Origin: an uncultured Oscillospiraceae bacterium
GTDB taxonomy: Bacteria; Bacillota; Clostridia; Christensenellales; CAG-138
DNA length: 64,000 bases
Direction of reading: 5' to 3'
Assembly: GCA_964476505.1 (NCBI GenBank)
Contig: CAYZAW010000003.1
Location: forward strand, 2,462-66,461
Positions 61,083-64,000 of the stretch are shown here, in pieces. Position 1 is the stretch's first letter. Each line of letters starts with the position of its first letter. The position numbers and the translations under genes are program-made. The notes beneath the pieces are model-generated. The model had not been told where the DNA came from. It was given only the letters and a program-made list of their open reading frames with translations, and made no database searches.

Positions 61083-63191
61083 TTACACCAAGCCCTCGCA
61101 ATGCAGCTTTACGGCATTATGCCCCGTCAGCGCGGAGGTCCGCGCATCCGGCTGCCCCATGCCAACGTACAGCACGGGCTTGCCGTCCATCATGCGCTTC
61201 CCCTCCTCGTTTACCACAAGGAAGCTGTCCTTGGGAATGCGAAGCGTTACGTTCACCTTTTGCCCAATGGGGCAGAATATCCGCTGGAACGCGCAAAGCC
61301 TTGCGTGCACGGGGGCATAATCGCTGGCCTCGTTTTGGCAGTACACCTGCACCACGTCCTGCGTATCCGCCTTGCCCGCGTTGGTCACAATGGCTTCCAC
61401 AACCAACGTACCGCTCTCCTCCTTTACATCGGCGGAGAGTACAAAGGCATCCCCATAGGTCAAGCCAAAGCCGAAGGGATAGATGGGGTCTCCGTTGTAA
61501 TAGCGGTAGGTTCTGCCACGCATGGCATAATCCGTAAAGGGCGGCATTTCCTGCAGCGCCTCGTTATGATAGAAGGTGACCGGCAGCTTACCGGAGGGCG
61601 ATACCTTGCCGAACAAAATATCCGCCACGGTTTTGCCGCCCCGCGCGCCGGGATACCACGGCAGCAGCACCGCCGCCGCTTTTTCTCCCGCTGTTCCTAA
61701 ATCGATGGAGCTGCCCGCCATCAGGCAGATCACCACCGGCTTACCGGTAGCAAGCACAGCCTCCAGCATCTTTTGCTGGGAAGCCGGAAGCAGCAGGTCG
61801 TTCTTGTCCCCGGAGGCCGCCTGATTACCGTCGTCGCCCTCTTCGCCCTCTAAGCTTTCGTCCAAGCCGACTACGGCGATCACGATATCCGAAAGCTCGG
61901 CTACCGCCTTGGCCTCTGCCAAACGGTCGTCCGCCTGCGCCAATATCTCCACTCTGTCCTGACAGATATGGCAGCCCTCGGCGTAGTACACCCGCGCCGC
62001 GTCTCCCACTTCCTGCTGGATACCCTCCAGCACCGTGATGTAGGTAGACGAGGTGCCGTAGTAGTTGCCGATAAGCGCCGCGCGGCTATTGGCGTTGGGG
62101 CCAACCACGGCGATGTTTTTGATACGATCGCGATCCAGCGGCAGGATACCGTTGTTTTTCAGCAGCACGCATGCCTTTTGCGTTGCTTCCTCCGCGATCT
62201 TTAAGTGTGCGTTGCACTCGATGGCATCGTAGGCAATGCCGTCAAACTCGCTGCCGTCCATAATGCCTAAGAGATACCGGGTGGTAAACAGATGCACGGC
62301 GGCAGTTCTGATCTGCTCCTCCGTGACCAACCCCTGCTGGTACGCCTTCATCATGTAGATATAAACGTTGCCGCAGTTTAGATCGCAGCCCATTTTCAGC
62401 GCCAACGCGGCGGATTCCTCTAATGTGTCCGTGACCATATGATGCTCGTGGAAATCCCGAATCGCCCAACAATCCGATACGATATGTCCTTGGAACTTCC
62501 ATTTCTCGCGGAGCAGGTCTACCAAGAGGGTTTTGCTGCCGCAGCACACCTCGCCGTTGGTGCGGTTGTACGCGCCCATGACCGACTCCACATCCGCCTC
62601 CTTTACGGCGGCTTCAAATGCGGGCAGATATGTTTCCTCCATGTCTTTCGGAGAAGCAACGGCGTTGAAGCAATGCCGCTGCGCCTCCGGCCCGGAATGC
62701 ACAGCAAAATGCTTGGCGCAGGCGGCGGACTTCATAACCGGCCCCTGCCCCTGCAAGCCGTTGATATACGCTACGCCCAGCCGCGAGGTCAAAAACGGGT
62801 CTTCCCCGTAGGTTTCATGTCCGCGCCCCCAGCGGGGATCGCGGAAAATATTGATGTTGGGCGACCAGAAGGTCAAGCCCTTATAAATATCCCTATCGTT
62901 TTCCTTGGCGCACATGTTGTATTTTGCGCGCCCTTCGGTTGCAGACACGTCGCCCAAGCGCTCGATCAAATCCGGATCGAAGCTTGCCGCCATACCGATG
63001 GCCTGCGGATAGCTTGTGGCAACGCCCGCGCGCGCGACCCCGTGCAGCGCCTCGTTCCACCAGTTATACGCCGGTATCCCCAATCGCTCTATGGCGGGGG
63101 AATCGTAACGCAGCTGGCTTGCCGCCTCTCCCAGCGTCATTTGCTCCACCAAAGCTTTCGCCTTTTTTACCGCTTCCTCACGATCAAACAT
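61083..63191 (-). CDS. glycoside hydrolase family 3 (beta-glucosidase/beta-xylosidase-like)
   Basis: 702 aa. KHFAVHSGPE motif, nucleophile region IVSDCWAI, and a C-terminal Fn3-like DVVQVY segment. Confidence 0.88.
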   Translation of the reverse strand: MFDREEAVKKAKALVEQMTLGEAASQLRYDSPAIERLGIPAYNWWNEALHGVARAGVATSYPQAIGMAASFDPDLIERLGDVSATEGRAKYNMCAKENDRDIYKGLTFWSPNINIFRDPRWGRGHETYGEDPFLTSRLGVAYINGLQGQGPVMKSAACAKHFAVHSGPEAQRHCFNAVASPKDMEETYLPAFEAAVKEADVESVMGAYNRTNGEVCCGSKTLLVDLLREKWKFQGHIVSDCWAIRDFHEHHMVTDTLEESAALALKMGCDLNCGNVYIYMMKAYQQGLVTEEQIRTAAVHLFTTRYLLGIMDGSEFDGIAYDAIECNAHLKIAEEATQKACVLLKNNGILPLDRDRIKNIAVVGPNANSRAALIGNYYGTSSTYITVLEGIQQEVGDAARVYYAEGCHICQDRVEILAQADDRLAEAKAVAELSDIVIAVVGLDESLEGEEGDDGNQAASGDKNDLLLPASQQKMLEAVLATGKPVVICLMAGSSIDLGTAGEKAAAVLLPWYPGARGGKTVADILFGKVSPSGKLPVTFYHNEALQEMPPFTDYAMRGRTYRYYNGDPIYPFGFGLTYGDAFVLSADVKEESGTLVVEAIVTNAGKADTQDVVQVYCQNEASDYAPVHARLCAFQRIFCPIGQKVNVTLRIPKDSFLVVNEEGKRMMDGKPVLYVGMGQPDARTSALTGHNAVKLHCEGLV

Positions 63192-63227
63192 AATAGTCTC
63201 CTTTACTGAAGCCCTTTTGTATTTCTA

Positions 63228-63306
63228 ATGTTAAACATAAGGCGAACAAGCTTCCGCTGTTGCTGTGGAAACGCATCTGTGCCTTATCGTTCATTCCATG
63301 TTAACA
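63228..63306 (-). promoter_or_regulatory. two ATGTT(A)AACA(T) palindromes upstream of the second GH3 gene
   Basis: atgttaaacat (63228-63238) and tgttaaca (63299-63306). Possible operator pair for an unidentified sugar regulator. Confidence 0.3.
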
Positions 63307-63319
63307 GTGCCTGATCCAA

Positions 63320-63982
63320 TCAAGCAGACGTAGTATCGTCATCCGGCGCAGCCTCTGCCTCCGGCGCATCGTCATTACCACCGGGCTGCGGCTTTTGGAA
63401 CCTGTCGAATATCTTTCGGTAAACAAAAGAGCACAGATACGCCGACCCGGATATGCCGCACATCATCCATACAAACCCTAGTCGGTTAATGAACATCTGC
63501 GGCCAAAGCAAGATCAATCCAATGGGCACCGCCCAAATGATCCAGATCAACAGCATTCGAAAGGGTGCGCAAAACGCCAATGCAAATGCGTTGATGATGT
63601 ACTTTTTTAGTGTGTTTTGAAACATCGCCTGCTGTGGGAAGGTAAAGGTGAGATAAATCAGCAGCAGCAAAGCGACGATGGTTGCGACCGTTAAAAACAA
63701 CGTGCGGTAGGTGCCCTCCTGCGCCTGTGCAAAAACAAAGTCTCCATATACGATGAGGCCTACCGCAAGCGCGATCAATTCCAACAGGGTCGCCTGTAAA
63801 AAGTTCGTTTTAAAGGAATGAAAAAACTCTTTGATGATGCTCTTTTCTTCGTTCCTTGCCTTTTTTAAGGTCACGGCATACATGGCTGACGTTGCCGCAC
63901 CCATGGTGATAACAGGCAGAGAGCAAAGCCCCCATAACACATTGAGCAGTATCAAATCGCACAGCTCCCGCAGGAACCGCAT
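63320..63982 (-). CDS. yesL: YesL-family (DUF624) membrane protein
   Basis: 220 aa. N-terminal LCDLILLNVLWGLCSLPVITMGAATSAMYAV is typical of DUF624. Acidic C-terminal tail. Confidence 0.75.
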   Translation of the reverse strand: MRFLRELCDLILLNVLWGLCSLPVITMGAATSAMYAVTLKKARNEEKSIIKEFFHSFKTNFLQATLLELIALAVGLIVYGDFVFAQAQEGTYRTLFLTVATIVALLLLIYLTFTFPQQAMFQNTLKKYIINAFALAFCAPFRMLLIWIIWAVPIGLILLWPQMFINRLGFVWMMCGISGSAYLCSFVYRKIFDRFQKPQPGGNDDAPEAEAAPDDDTTSA

Positions 63983-64000
63983 GACCGGATTATCCTCCGC

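Noticed and set aside
1-64000. Scan for CRISPR arrays, tRNA/rRNA genes, IS elements, integrases, toxin-antitoxin pairs and obvious defence islands
   Set aside because: No spaced direct-repeat arrays, no cloverleaf-like or rRNA-like segments, and no transposase- or integrase-like ORFs were seen. Intergenic regions are short and are accounted for by promoters and terminators.

Overview
A gene-dense, high-GC chromosomal segment with about 55 protein genes, roughly 48 of them on the minus strand. It looks like a spore-forming Clostridia-type Firmicute, based on the SCIFF/ScfB pair, a SpoIVFA-like/SpoIVFB pair, YlbJ and a BofC-like gene. Most of the content is core housekeeping: dtd-relA-apt-recJ-secDF, ackA-pta, tmcAL, rqcH, rng, rodA, pgi, lgt, proA and two GH3 glycosidases. 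I saw no rRNA, tRNA, CRISPR array, transposase or prophage genes. Four things stand out. (1) An 8-gene shikimate/chorismate mutase/tyrA operon (53474-60691, minus strand) is preceded by a promoter, a 25-codon Tyr-rich leader ORF (MMQQRFAAYASYYYYLYAVQMVIGV, absent from the ORF track as a separate gene) and mutually exclusive antiterminator/terminator hairpins. This is a candidate ribosome-mediated tyrosine attenuator. (2) A translationally coupled operon runs pncB - lipoprotein - 1625-aa multidomain protein (HD + helical repeats + degenerate NadD-like nucleotidyltransferase + GNAT-like + PRTase-like) - LDH/MDH-like dehydrogenase - tandem flavodoxin-like protein (29594-38692). I cannot match its architecture to any characterised system. 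(3) An unlisted 47-aa SCIFF ranthipeptide precursor lies next to its radical SAM/SPASM maturase. (4) A nickel/cobalt ECF transporter is fused into one operon with larE-larB-larC, with no larA in the window. All calls rest on reading the translations and the DNA by eye. No database search or folding program was run.
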